Below are positions 8,754-17,162 of a stretch of 64,000 nucleotides of DNA, piece after piece. The stretch lies in IMG/VR virus record IMGVR_UViG_3300014720_000030, positions 11,547-75,546 of that record; one strand, written 5' to 3'. How positions within the stretch are numbered: the first letter of the stretch is position 1; each line of letters begins with the position of its first letter. The notes under the pieces were generated by a model. It did not search any database. It was not told the origin of the DNA and worked only from the letters and a program-made list of their open reading frames with translations. A program made the translations under genes and the position numbers. This DNA comes from a virus.

Positions 8754-9980
8754 TTATGCAACATATATTTTTAATGGAATCTTTGCTTGCATTTCTAATA
8801 ACTGTGTTGCTTCTGCATTTTGACGCGTCATCATTTGTTCCCGAGTCATTTTTTCTAAAAATTCTCGAAGCTGTGTTATCAACGCCTCTTTTTCCGTTTG
8901 TCCTTGCGATGTTAAATCAGCACCATTCATTGTCACTTCGCCATTTGGAATAGGAATACTACTATATTTGTTTCGTACATAACCTAACATTTCTTTTGTC
9001 AAAGCCAATGCATATCTAAATATCCACGCACGCCCCATATCATTAATTCTGCTGTATGTTTGGTATTTATATGGTATATTTGATGCGTCCGTAATAACAC
9101 CTCGCATAAGTGCTGTATTGCCAAATAAGACGCCTTCATTTGTTTTTGCTTCTTCAAAAATAACATCAACCAATACTTTATCAAAAAATGGGGTTGCTGA
9201 TGAAGATCCGGTTGGTCGTACTGGCACTGGCCAAAATTTTATATCATCTCCATGTATTTCAAATGAATATTGCGACTTACGTATTTGATCATTAAATTCA
9301 ATTGATTGTAGTCTCATTAAATCTGCATGAATCGGCATCATCATAAATGATACGGATGGAGAAAATCCTCCAAAATCAAATGAATCAAGTAATTGTTGAG
9401 ACCCTAAACCAGTTCCAACAAATGGATCAAAATATCGTACGATTGCCGGAGGTGCATTATGTATCACTCGTTTAATTTCTACGGAACTAGTTGTTAGTAT
9501 AATACCTAATGATTTAGATACTGCAGTTTTTATACTATATGTTTGTTTGCCCGGTTCTATATCAAATGTTATTCTGGTCCATGGTTGATGCCCTCCGCTA
9601 TCTGCTTCAGTACCATATGTTTTTGATAATTTAGATATATATCCAAATGAATTTCCAACTAATGCATCAGTAAAACTATTATTAGTTAAAAAACTAGATC
9701 CAGTTTGAACGCCGAGAGTATTTAATAAATTGTTAGAAATATTTACTTGATTTACTTGATTTGAATATTCTACAACTGCCGCTTCAAATGCAGTATAAAA
9801 ATTTACTGCTACCAATTCGACATCTAATATAGGATAGCCTAATGTTTGTGCTGCCATTTTTGCAAATTTATCTGCATGTTGCGCAAACGTAGCATCTGTG
9901 TCAAAAAATCCAAATGGAGTACTACCAGTATTAAACGAAGAACTTCCAGGCCATATGGGCCTATTTTCTGAATAATCCAT
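8754..9980 (-). CDS. Neck/head-tail adaptor (T4 gp13-like)
   Basis: LGYPILDVEL, WIFRYALALTKEMLGYVRNKY, PNGEVTMNG; late promoter 9997-10004 and AAGGAG SD. Confidence 0.8.
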   Translation of the reverse strand: MDYSENRPIWPGSSSFNTGSTPFGFFDTDATFAQHADKFAKMAAQTLGYPILDVELVAVNFYTAFEAAVVEYSNQVNQVNISNNLLNTLGVQTGSSFLTNNSFTDALVGNSFGYISKLSKTYGTEADSGGHQPWTRITFDIEPGKQTYSIKTAVSKSLGIILTTSSVEIKRVIHNAPPAIVRYFDPFVGTGLGSQQLLDSFDFGGFSPSVSFMMMPIHADLMRLQSIEFNDQIRKSQYSFEIHGDDIKFWPVPVRPTGSSSATPFFDKVLVDVIFEEAKTNEGVLFGNTALMRGVITDASNIPYKYQTYSRINDMGRAWIFRYALALTKEMLGYVRNKYSSIPIPNGEVTMNGADLTSQGQTEKEALITQLREFLEKMTREQMMTRQNAEATQLLEMQAKIPLKIYVA

Positions 9981-10003
9981 TATACTCCTTTTTTATATAA
10001 ATA

Positions 10004-10669
10004 TCAATACGTTTCGTTTAGGAGTTTTAAAATTTCATTTAATGATTCATGTCTATGATTGTCTAATAATATGATTTCATTAACGTATTTTGATTTGGTT
10101 AATTTAGGTACTTCATGCACTGCAGAATCATTTCCAAATTTTAAGTCTATTTGATATCGATCGCCTGTAAGTATCATGATGCTTTCTTTTCCTAAACGAG
10201 ATACAACCATTTGAAGTTGTTGTTTAGTTAAGTTTTGAAATTCATCTACAATACAAATTGCATGATCAAACGTACGGCCTCGAAAGTGTGCTAAAGAAAC
10301 TAATTCAATTTGTTCTTCTCGTTCCATTTTATCTAAAATATCTGGTTTATTATATACTTTACGCATATTGCTACGCAAAGGAACTAACCATGGATCCATT
10401 TTTTCTGCTAATGACCCGGGAAGAAATCCGTTATCTTCATTTGATACAGTTGGCCTTGTTATAATAATTTTGTTGATTTGTCTTTTAAAAAACATATCTA
10501 ATGCAACTTGTACTGCTAACAAAGTTTTACCAGAACCCGCTTTACCTAAAATAAAATTAAAAGGCGTTTGCAATATTTTTGATTTTGCTTGTTTTTGTTC
10601 TTCTGACAATGTAATTGAAAATTTAACATCAGTTTTTGGTGGAGTTTTTTCTCGATTTTGTGTAGACAT
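10004..10669 (-). CDS. phoH: PhoH-family ATPase
   Basis: GKAGSGKT Walker A, ITRP, GFLPG, RGRTF, DEFQN, GDxxQIDL. Confidence 0.92.
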   Translation of the reverse strand: MSTQNREKTPPKTDVKFSITLSEEQKQAKSKILQTPFNFILGKAGSGKTLLAVQVALDMFFKRQINKIIITRPTVSNEDNGFLPGSLAEKMDPWLVPLRSNMRKVYNKPDILDKMEREEQIELVSLAHFRGRTFDHAICIVDEFQNLTKQQLQMVVSRLGKESIMILTGDRYQIDLKFGNDSAVHEVPKLTKSKYVNEIILLDNHRHESLNEILKLLNETY

Positions 10670-10678
10670 AAAATAACC

Positions 10679-10954
10679 TTAAAATAATTTTGTAAGCGTT
10701 GTTTGTAAAAGAGTCATATCTTTCAATGTTTCAATTTTTCCCAAACACATTTTTCGTATAGCAAAAAACGTTTGTTTTGGCGGATATGCGGTCATAACTT
10801 TTATTTTGATTAGTTCTTTATCTGGGCCTAGGTCTCGTTCTATATGAACCATCAAAACCATTCGTATAGCTCGAATTCGATCTAGTACATCGATAAGTCG
10901 ACCAGCATATCGTATTTCCGCAAACATCTCGTATTTATGTCTTTCTACTGCCAT
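10679..10954 (-). CDS. Hypothetical protein
   Basis: Likely start MAVERHK (AAGGA SD, late promoter 10967-10974). Confidence 0.65.
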   Translation of the reverse strand: MAVERHKYEMFAEIRYAGRLIDVLDRIRAIRMVLMVHIERDLGPDKELIKIKVMTAYPPKQTFFAIRKMCLGKIETLKDMTLLQTTLTKLF

Positions 10955-10983
10955 GTTTCCTTTAATATAAATATACAATCAGT

Positions 10984-11010
10984 AAAAAAGGGTGACCGAA
11001 GCCACCCTTT
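10984..11010 (-). terminator. Intrinsic terminator after capsid gene
   Basis: AAAGGGTGGC-TTCG-GTCACCCTTTTTT; a second AT-rich stem (11021-11060) lies between it and the stop codon. Confidence 0.85.
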
Positions 11011-11060
11011 CCGTTTTAATTAGTTAATTCGTTAAATTAAAAGCTAATCGAAGTTAACTA

Positions 11061-12707
11061 TTAAAGCGTGTTAAGACCGTGTACGTATACTTTTCCGTAG
11101 AATTCTGGACGAACTACTTGCTTCGCGTAACGTGTCATGACACCTTTACGCGGAGTGAAGTTCACCGGATCATATACAAGCGGAGTCATAATTAATGGAA
11201 TATAAGGAGCAAATACAGCACCTGTTTCAAGGAACTGAGAACCTCTGAAGCCCATCAAAATTACGTTCTCTAACATGTATGGATTTTTGTATACAGTATA
11301 ACGGTTATTGATTGAACCAATTTTTTGAACGCCAGCAGCAAATTCCATTTTAGTTCCATCAGTGTCGGCAGCAAATCCTGGGATAGACTCAAGGATAGTT
11401 GCAACTGCAGGAGATGTTACTAAGAAGTTAGCACCACCACGCAATGTTTTCTGATGAATTTTATTAGATACTTTTTGCAGTTTAGTACCCAAAGTTTGGA
11501 ACCAACCACCTTGAGTGCTATAGAATCCATCACCTAAATTTTGGTTAGCTGTACCAGCAGCAAGAGTTTGGAAAGCTGAACCGTCCCATATGGTGTTGTT
11601 TCGAGCTGACCAAAATTCAGTGGTTGGAGCTGCGGCAATCAACATATCAAGGATCTCAAGATCGATTTCCATTGATACATACTCAGAAAGCATTGAAGTC
11701 AATTCAGCTTCAGCATCAATTGAGTGGTATGCGTTCAAGTCTTGAGCAAATTCAGGTGTCCATACAGCCTTTAACTTACGTGTTTTAGCAACAATTGGGT
11801 TAGACTGCATTTCAAGATTGATTTCTGGAATATCGATATCAGTATTGTATCCGTTTCCGTAAGCACCTTTATTGTCTTCAAAATCACCTCTAGTAATATC
11901 GGTAGGCTGTTTGCTATAATTCAAACCAAAGTTACCCGCATTAATTGCTAATTGAAGTGCAGTTGCTTGAGTTGTTGTTACAACAAATGATGCAGTGTAA
12001 TTGCTGTTAATTGTTGAAAATGCTTGTACTGGGGCAATTTCTGTACTAGCTGATCCAGAACGAAATGTCCATGAACGAACTGCATATAAATCTGCATTCG
12101 TAGGAACGTTGATTGTCAACATTTTGTATGAAGCTGAACCAGAATAAGTTGAATCTCCATTTACTTGAGCAGTGGTTGGTGTTGAACCAGTAGCTGCAGT
12201 TACAAGTGAAGATGTTTCGTTAATTGAATAACCAAAACGTCCTGCACCATAAAGACCTCCGCTTGGATCACCAGTTGTAGTAGTAACACCAAACATTGAG
12301 TCATCTGCATTAGGAGAACCAAATGGATCACCTGTTCTGTTGTTGTTGTCGTCATCGAATCCTGGCTGAGCTGTACCATATTTAAAGTCTAGATAAAATA
12401 TAAGACCTGATGGCAAGTTCATTGGCTGAACTGAAACGAATTCTTTTGCAGCAAATTCAGCAAAGATACGTCGTACCAATGGAAGTGCTACACCTGCCCA
12501 CTCTTCAGATCCTTGTGCGGTACCTGTTTGTGAAGCTTCTTTTACTAATTGACGAGCTTGGTTCTCAAGTAACTGAGACATACCAGCACGTTCGGTCTCA
12601 CCACGAAGACCTTCTAATAGACCTGTTCTTTCCCACTTTGCAGCTAAAGCTTTTGCATTGTTTCGTTGAACAAAGTCATTTGTTTGAAGTAAGTTTGAAA
12701 TACTCAT
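11061..12707 (-). CDS. gp23: Major capsid protein (T4 gp23-like)
   Basis: KWERTGLLEGL, VSVQPMNLPSGLIFYL, AKTRKLKAVWTPEFAQDL, APYIPL, GVMTRY. Confidence 0.96.
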   Translation of the reverse strand: MSISNLLQTNDFVQRNNAKALAAKWERTGLLEGLRGETERAGMSQLLENQARQLVKEASQTGTAQGSEEWAGVALPLVRRIFAEFAAKEFVSVQPMNLPSGLIFYLDFKYGTAQPGFDDDNNNRTGDPFGSPNADDSMFGVTTTTGDPSGGLYGAGRFGYSINETSSLVTAATGSTPTTAQVNGDSTYSGSASYKMLTINVPTNADLYAVRSWTFRSGSASTEIAPVQAFSTINSNYTASFVVTTTQATALQLAINAGNFGLNYSKQPTDITRGDFEDNKGAYGNGYNTDIDIPEINLEMQSNPIVAKTRKLKAVWTPEFAQDLNAYHSIDAEAELTSMLSEYVSMEIDLEILDMLIAAAPTTEFWSARNNTIWDGSAFQTLAAGTANQNLGDGFYSTQGGWFQTLGTKLQKVSNKIHQKTLRGGANFLVTSPAVATILESIPGFAADTDGTKMEFAAGVQKIGSINNRYTVYKNPYMLENVILMGFRGSQFLETGAVFAPYIPLIMTPLVYDPVNFTPRKGVMTRYAKQVVRPEFYGKVYVHGLNTL

Positions 12708-12738
12708 GTTTTCCTTTGTTTTTTGTTTTTTTTTTGTT

Positions 12739-13779
12739 TTACAATAATCCTGCTAATTTTTTCCATCTGTTAGCTAATTCAAAGCCTTCAGACAAAACTT
12801 GCGTTGTTGCTACACTTGGTGCTGTAGTTGTAACTGGTTTAGAAGCTGCAGAATATGATTCTTTAACTATTCGCTTCTTAGTTGTTGGTCGTTTAAAACT
12901 TTCAGCTAATGTAGTAAATACTAATTTTGTTTCCCTTGTATTGCTTGCTCTATCAAAATTTTCAATTACTTTCATTTTTTGAGCTTCAGTCAATTCAAAG
13001 TTTCGGAACAATTTGTTAGTGTAAAGAAGTTTTGCATTAAGAAGATTTACTTCGTTGATAACTGATTGAAGACGTTTAACCGTACGATATGCTTCTTGAA
13101 GTTCTTTTTCTTGTTTTTCAATTTTGTCTTCCATTTCTTGCACTACATCGTCTTCTGGTCCGAATGCATCTGGATCTTGTTCGGCATCCATTTCGCGAAG
13201 AATTGACTCGATAATTTCATTAACATCATCTTCATCATCTTCATACATTTCGTTAGTCATATCCTCATCCTCATCTTCATAATACATCCCTTCGTTTGGC
13301 ATATCAACATCTAATTCATCTTCTTCTCCCATCATATCATCTTCTAATTCTCGGATGATTGATTCTAGATTTAGATCTTCAGGTGCATCTTCCATACCCA
13401 TACCTTCGTTGTACTCGGCAGACATTTCTTCTTCAGATGCTGGTTCTTCATCAGATACCATTTCTTCGCCTTCTTCACCTGCCATTCCTACTTGAAAAGA
13501 ATAATCATTGCCGCCAACTGATGCTGACAATGAATCATCTGTCCAAGTAAAATCATCACCACCCATCTCTTCTGTTCCTGCCTCTACACCTGTATCTACA
13601 GCTGCATCGGCCATTTCTTCATCTTCGCCTTCAATCTCAGTTGTTAGTTTAGTAGCTAACATTTCTTTGATTCTTGGCGAAAATGCTTCTTGTAAAGCAA
13701 TCTTTGCGTTTGCTAAAGCAGTTTCTTTAACAGCTTTTGCATCAGCAATTGCTTGTTTAAGCAAGTCTGATTTTGCCAT
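12739..13779 (-). CDS. Prohead core/scaffold protein (gp22-like position)
   Basis: Highly acidic, coiled-coil, many (L/I/V)xE sites; immediately upstream of capsid gene. Confidence 0.75.
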   Translation of the reverse strand: MAKSDLLKQAIADAKAVKETALANAKIALQEAFSPRIKEMLATKLTTEIEGEDEEMADAAVDTGVEAGTEEMGGDDFTWTDDSLSASVGGNDYSFQVGMAGEEGEEMVSDEEPASEEEMSAEYNEGMGMEDAPEDLNLESIIRELEDDMMGEEDELDVDMPNEGMYYEDEDEDMTNEMYEDDEDDVNEIIESILREMDAEQDPDAFGPEDDVVQEMEDKIEKQEKELQEAYRTVKRLQSVINEVNLLNAKLLYTNKLFRNFELTEAQKMKVIENFDRASNTRETKLVFTTLAESFKRPTTKKRIVKESYSAASKPVTTTAPSVATTQVLSEGFELANRWKKLAGLL

Positions 13780-13802
13780 TTTTCTCCTTAAATTTTGTTT
13801 TT

Positions 13803-13883
13803 TGGAAATAAGATTATTTGAAATCTTAATAGAATATAAATAATTAATATGACGCTATATAAAGAACAAATAGCGTATTCTTA
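13803..13883 (-). ncRNA. Candidate structured 5' leader of scaffold-capsid operon
   Basis: ACGCTAT/ATAGCGT and TAAGATT/AATCTTA stems between late promoter and TAAGGAG SD. Confidence 0.45.
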
Positions 13884-13885
13884 CA

Positions 13886-13893
13886 ATAAATAT
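13886..13893 (-). promoter_or_regulatory. Putative late promoter ATATTTAT (scaffold-capsid)
   Basis: Octamer just downstream of the bS21 terminator. Confidence 0.7.
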
Positions 13894-13914
13894 AAGCATG
13901 AATTACAAAACAGT

Positions 13915-13944
13915 AAAAAAGTCCTAACATTTCTGCTAGGACTT
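13915..13944 (-). terminator. Intrinsic terminator after bS21 gene
   Basis: AAGTCCTAGCA-GAAA-TGTTAGGACTT followed by TTTT. Confidence 0.85.
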
Positions 13945-13963
13945 AAAATAATTTTAAATTAAT

Positions 13964-14203
13964 TTACATTTTGTTATGCAAATCTTGCATTTTTTGTCGG
14001 TATTGTGCTTTAGAAATATCATCTCTGCGTTTAACACTTGGTTTAACAAATGTACGATTTTCTTTAACATATTCCAATACTCCTGAAGTTTTTACTCGTT
14101 GTTTCCAAGTTCTTAGTGCAAATCCTAAATCTTGATTTACTACGCTAACTGCTTGTGCATTTCCTGGTACAATGCTTTGGTGTTGTTTTTGTTTTTTATT
14201 CAT
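13964..14203 (-). CDS. rpsU: Phage-encoded ribosomal protein bS21
   Basis: V.V...DL..ALR.WK..V...GVL..VK....FVKPSVKRR...KA.Y pattern of bS21, with about 15 aa N-terminal extension. Confidence 0.85.
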   Translation of the reverse strand: MNKKQKQHQSIVPGNAQAVSVVNQDLGFALRTWKQRVKTSGVLEYVKENRTFVKPSVKRRDDISKAQYRQKMQDLHNKM

Positions 14204-14212
14204 ATATAACTA

Positions 14213-14692
14213 TTAAATTTTTCCTTGTGGTTTTGCTTGCCGTACATTAAATCTAAAATGTTTTAATTCTGGTTTTTGAGCTAAATACCCTTGAAGTTTT
14301 TGTGATTCTAATGCAGGATCTTGTCCCAATCTAAAATAAAAATATCCAATCTTACCAGATGACGATAATGTTTTTTTAATTACGGTAAATCCTTTCCTTT
14401 CGGACCAATCTTGAATTTCTTGTGCTACTGCTTCAGCCGTTGCCGGGTCTCGAAGTACGTATTCTATCCCACCTCGATAATCGGTTAAGTTGTTAACTAA
14501 TTGTGCTTCTTCTAAATCTGATTCTCCTAGTTGTTTTTGAACTTTTTCCATGGAATCGCTTACTGCATCAATCGATGGAGCTAATTCATCAAACGCACCT
14601 TTTACTTTAGAAACCATATCGGGATTCGGAAGATCAGACCGTTCGGTTAATCCAAAAAATTCTCGATATAATTTTTTAAATTTACTCATCAT
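14213..14692 (-). CDS. Hypothetical head-region protein
   Basis: ORF track; LTE/LGE/LEE sites. Confidence 0.7.
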   Translation of the reverse strand: MMSKFKKLYREFFGLTERSDLPNPDMVSKVKGAFDELAPSIDAVSDSMEKVQKQLGESDLEEAQLVNNLTDYRGGIEYVLRDPATAEAVAQEIQDWSERKGFTVIKKTLSSSGKIGYFYFRLGQDPALESQKLQGYLAQKPELKHFRFNVRQAKPQGKI

Positions 14693-14700
14693 GCACCTTT

Positions 14701-14729
14701 ATTATAAATAATTTTTTTTCAATATCCAA
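14701..14729 (-). promoter_or_regulatory. TTGGAT-N17-TATAAT promoter overlapping a near-late box (TTATTTAT); drives hypothetical + bS21
   Basis: Direct sequence match. Confidence 0.65.
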
Positions 14730-14730
14730 T

Positions 14731-15108
14731 TTATCCAACAGAAAAATATCTATTTAAATGTTGTCCAATATTTTCATATGCTAGAGCCATTCGGTCTTGT
14801 GCTTCTTTAAGATCTCGCGCAGCTTGTTCGAAATCACGATAATCTTCATGCATTCTTTTATTACCTTTTTTATGAGCAACATTGGCCATCCAATCATCAC
14901 TTTCAGTCATAATTCTATCTGCACGTTCAACTATATTTTTAACGCGTTGTGCAATTTCTTCTAAATCACCTTTTCCATAAACCGAATCTCCCATTGCAGA
15001 AAAATTTGCAATTTCTTGTACGAATTGTTGCTTTTCTTCGCGAGTTAATGGCTTAGGTTGATCTTGCATCATAGTTTCTAAAATAAACTTTAAATTTGGT
15101 GTTCTCAT
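14731..15108 (-). CDS. Hypothetical helical head-region protein
   Basis: ORF track; NLKFILE leader. Confidence 0.7.
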   Translation of the reverse strand: MRTPNLKFILETMMQDQPKPLTREEKQQFVQEIANFSAMGDSVYGKGDLEEIAQRVKNIVERADRIMTESDDWMANVAHKKGNKRMHEDYRDFEQAARDLKEAQDRMALAYENIGQHLNRYFSVG

Positions 15109-15743
15109 TATATTATCCTACATTTACCATCTTCACATAAAATCGAAGTGATTATTTCGTTTGTTTTTGCGTATCTATTTGTTTTTATATTATTTTTATT
15201 AACTGATTCATGCATGTGCGTAGGACGCATAAAAGCCCCGTGCGTTGATGGATTTGATACGAAGTCCCAACATATCAATTCAAAATCTTCTTGTACTTCT
15301 ACTACGCCTTCATTTCGTAATTCTTTTACTGATCCCAAACCCCGTGATGAAATACCTAATGTAATACCTGCTCTAAACAGTTCTTTAAGAATCTTACCAG
15401 ATGGAGTATCTAAAATTTGTACGGCGCCGTTCAAATCATCGCCATTCCACCATATTTTTAAAACATTGTGAGAAACGTTATTTAAGTTAACTACTGATGA
15501 TTCTGGGTGATCTAATTCTCCTAATGCTCTATGTTGATTTATATATTCTTTTTGATAACGTTGACATTCTCGTTGTAAAATATGTTTTGGATAAACACGG
15601 CCGTTTTGATTTTTAGCGCCTGCTCGTTGCAAAACACCTTGCACAACAAAACCACCAGGTAAACCATATGCAGCACCATTTGATTCAGTTAATGAACCAA
15701 TTGGCTTGAATGGCATATATTCTACTATTAGATGTTTTGACAT
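15108..15743 (-). CDS. gp21: Prohead protease (T4 gp21-like)
   Basis: KNQNGRVYP, GELDHP, VSH, TPSGKIL, GISSRGLGS, DFVSNPST. Confidence 0.93.
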   Translation of the reverse strand: MSKHLIVEYMPFKPIGSLTESNGAAYGLPGGFVVQGVLQRAGAKNQNGRVYPKHILQRECQRYQKEYINQHRALGELDHPESSVVNLNNVSHNVLKIWWNGDDLNGAVQILDTPSGKILKELFRAGITLGISSRGLGSVKELRNEGVVEVQEDFELICWDFVSNPSTHGAFMRPTHMHESVNKNNIKTNRYAKTNEIITSILCEDGKCRII

Positions 15744-15744
15744 T

Positions 15745-16266
15745 TTATTCTCCTAATGCTCTTACGCGTTCTGATATTTTAATTAATCGTTCTGATATTT
15801 TTGTTAATGCTGAATCTACTGCATTACCATAACCATTACGTGCAACACCCGATTCTGTTTTTAATCGAGTTGCATAATTTACTGTTTGTTCAATTAATTG
15901 AAGTTGTTTTGCTACTTCTTTAATTGTATGTTTTATTTTTTGTTCAGGAGTCGTTTTTGAATCACCTGTTGCATATGTTCGATATGATTCAATAAGTTTT
16001 TCATATTTTGAATCCATTGCTTCAGCAACCGTCATTTCGCCAGCTGTTATTGTTGATTGCTTTGCTTTTCCAACCCAATTAGGTGTTGATATTGGAGCCA
16101 CTGCAGCTGTAACATTTTGTTCTTCTAATTCTTTATCATCTTGAAGAATAGCATGCTTTTTTACTTTTCTTTCATTATCAATATCATCATCTTCATGATC
16201 AACTGCATCCAATGATTCTTCTAATTCAATGAACTTGCTTTCTATTTCTTTTAATAACGATTTCAT
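15745..16266 (-). CDS. Hypothetical prohead-associated protein
   Basis: Between portal and protease; LLKE/LEE/LIE sites. Confidence 0.7.
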   Translation of the reverse strand: MKSLLKEIESKFIELEESLDAVDHEDDDIDNERKVKKHAILQDDKELEEQNVTAAVAPISTPNWVGKAKQSTITAGEMTVAEAMDSKYEKLIESYRTYATGDSKTTPEQKIKHTIKEVAKQLQLIEQTVNYATRLKTESGVARNGYGNAVDSALTKISERLIKISERVRALGE

Positions 16267-17117
16267 CGATGCACTCCTTGTAATTCCGTAAGCAAATCAA
16301 AGTAACGTAACAAAGAAAGAATGTTTGATTCTTTAATTGTTTTCATATTTTCTACAGTGCATAACATTTCTGAAAGTTTTTGAACTTTTATTTTTGTAGC
16401 TCGATCTGTGATTAACTTTGCTTGTCCGGCAAGTTGTTTTTTAATACTTGGTATAATTTGCTCTATATATTCTTTTAGTGCAGTCGTATCATTTACATTT
16501 GTTATGTATTTATTTAACAATTGTTTTTGCGATTCATTTAAAACAGAATATTTTTCATTAAATTTATCTACAAGTATTTTATATGCTAAAAGTCGTACTT
16601 CTTTTGGTTGATTTTGATATGTTTCATATACTATATCTCTAGTTTCTTTTTTTATTGTAGAGACTAAAACGTTGTTTAATATCGCCGATTTACATTCCAT
16701 TATTTGATTTGGATTATCAGTTTCTGCATATTCAAATAACATGTATATTGATGCTAATGTTTTGTAATTTGGAATATGGATTTTTGCCATATCTTCAAAA
16801 ACAAATTTTTCTGAAATTTCTTTTACAAGACTATACTTTTGTCGCTTTAACGTTTGTTGATTTAATTTGTTATAAGAATCTTTAATTGTTCGAATATAAT
16901 CTAACGCACGAGCTTCGCTTTTAAATTGTTGTTCTTTTAACAACGAATTATAAAGTTGTAATTCTTTAGATAATTCAGTATTTCGTCCAAAATATTTTTT
17001 AATAATATCTACAGTTACTGTTTTATTCGAAGATAATGTTTCAGATGTTAGCTTTCTAACTAAAATTTCAAAAAGAATTCCAGTGTTTTTATATTTTGAA
17101 TGTTTTAATTTTTTCAT
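16263..17117 (-). CDS. Hypothetical prohead-associated protein
   Basis: KHSKYKNTGILFEIL start; late promoter 17147-17154. Confidence 0.7.
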   Translation of the reverse strand: MKKLKHSKYKNTGILFEILVRKLTSETLSSNKTVTVDIIKKYFGRNTELSKELQLYNSLLKEQQFKSEARALDYIRTIKDSYNKLNQQTLKRQKYSLVKEISEKFVFEDMAKIHIPNYKTLASIYMLFEYAETDNPNQIMECKSAILNNVLVSTIKKETRDIVYETYQNQPKEVRLLAYKILVDKFNEKYSVLNESQKQLLNKYITNVNDTTALKEYIEQIIPSIKKQLAGQAKLITDRATKIKVQKLSEMLCTVENMKTIKESNILSLLRYFDLLTELQGVHR

Positions 17118-17162
17118 CGCTTCCTTGTACAGTATCTCGATTTTAAATAAATATGTTTGAAT

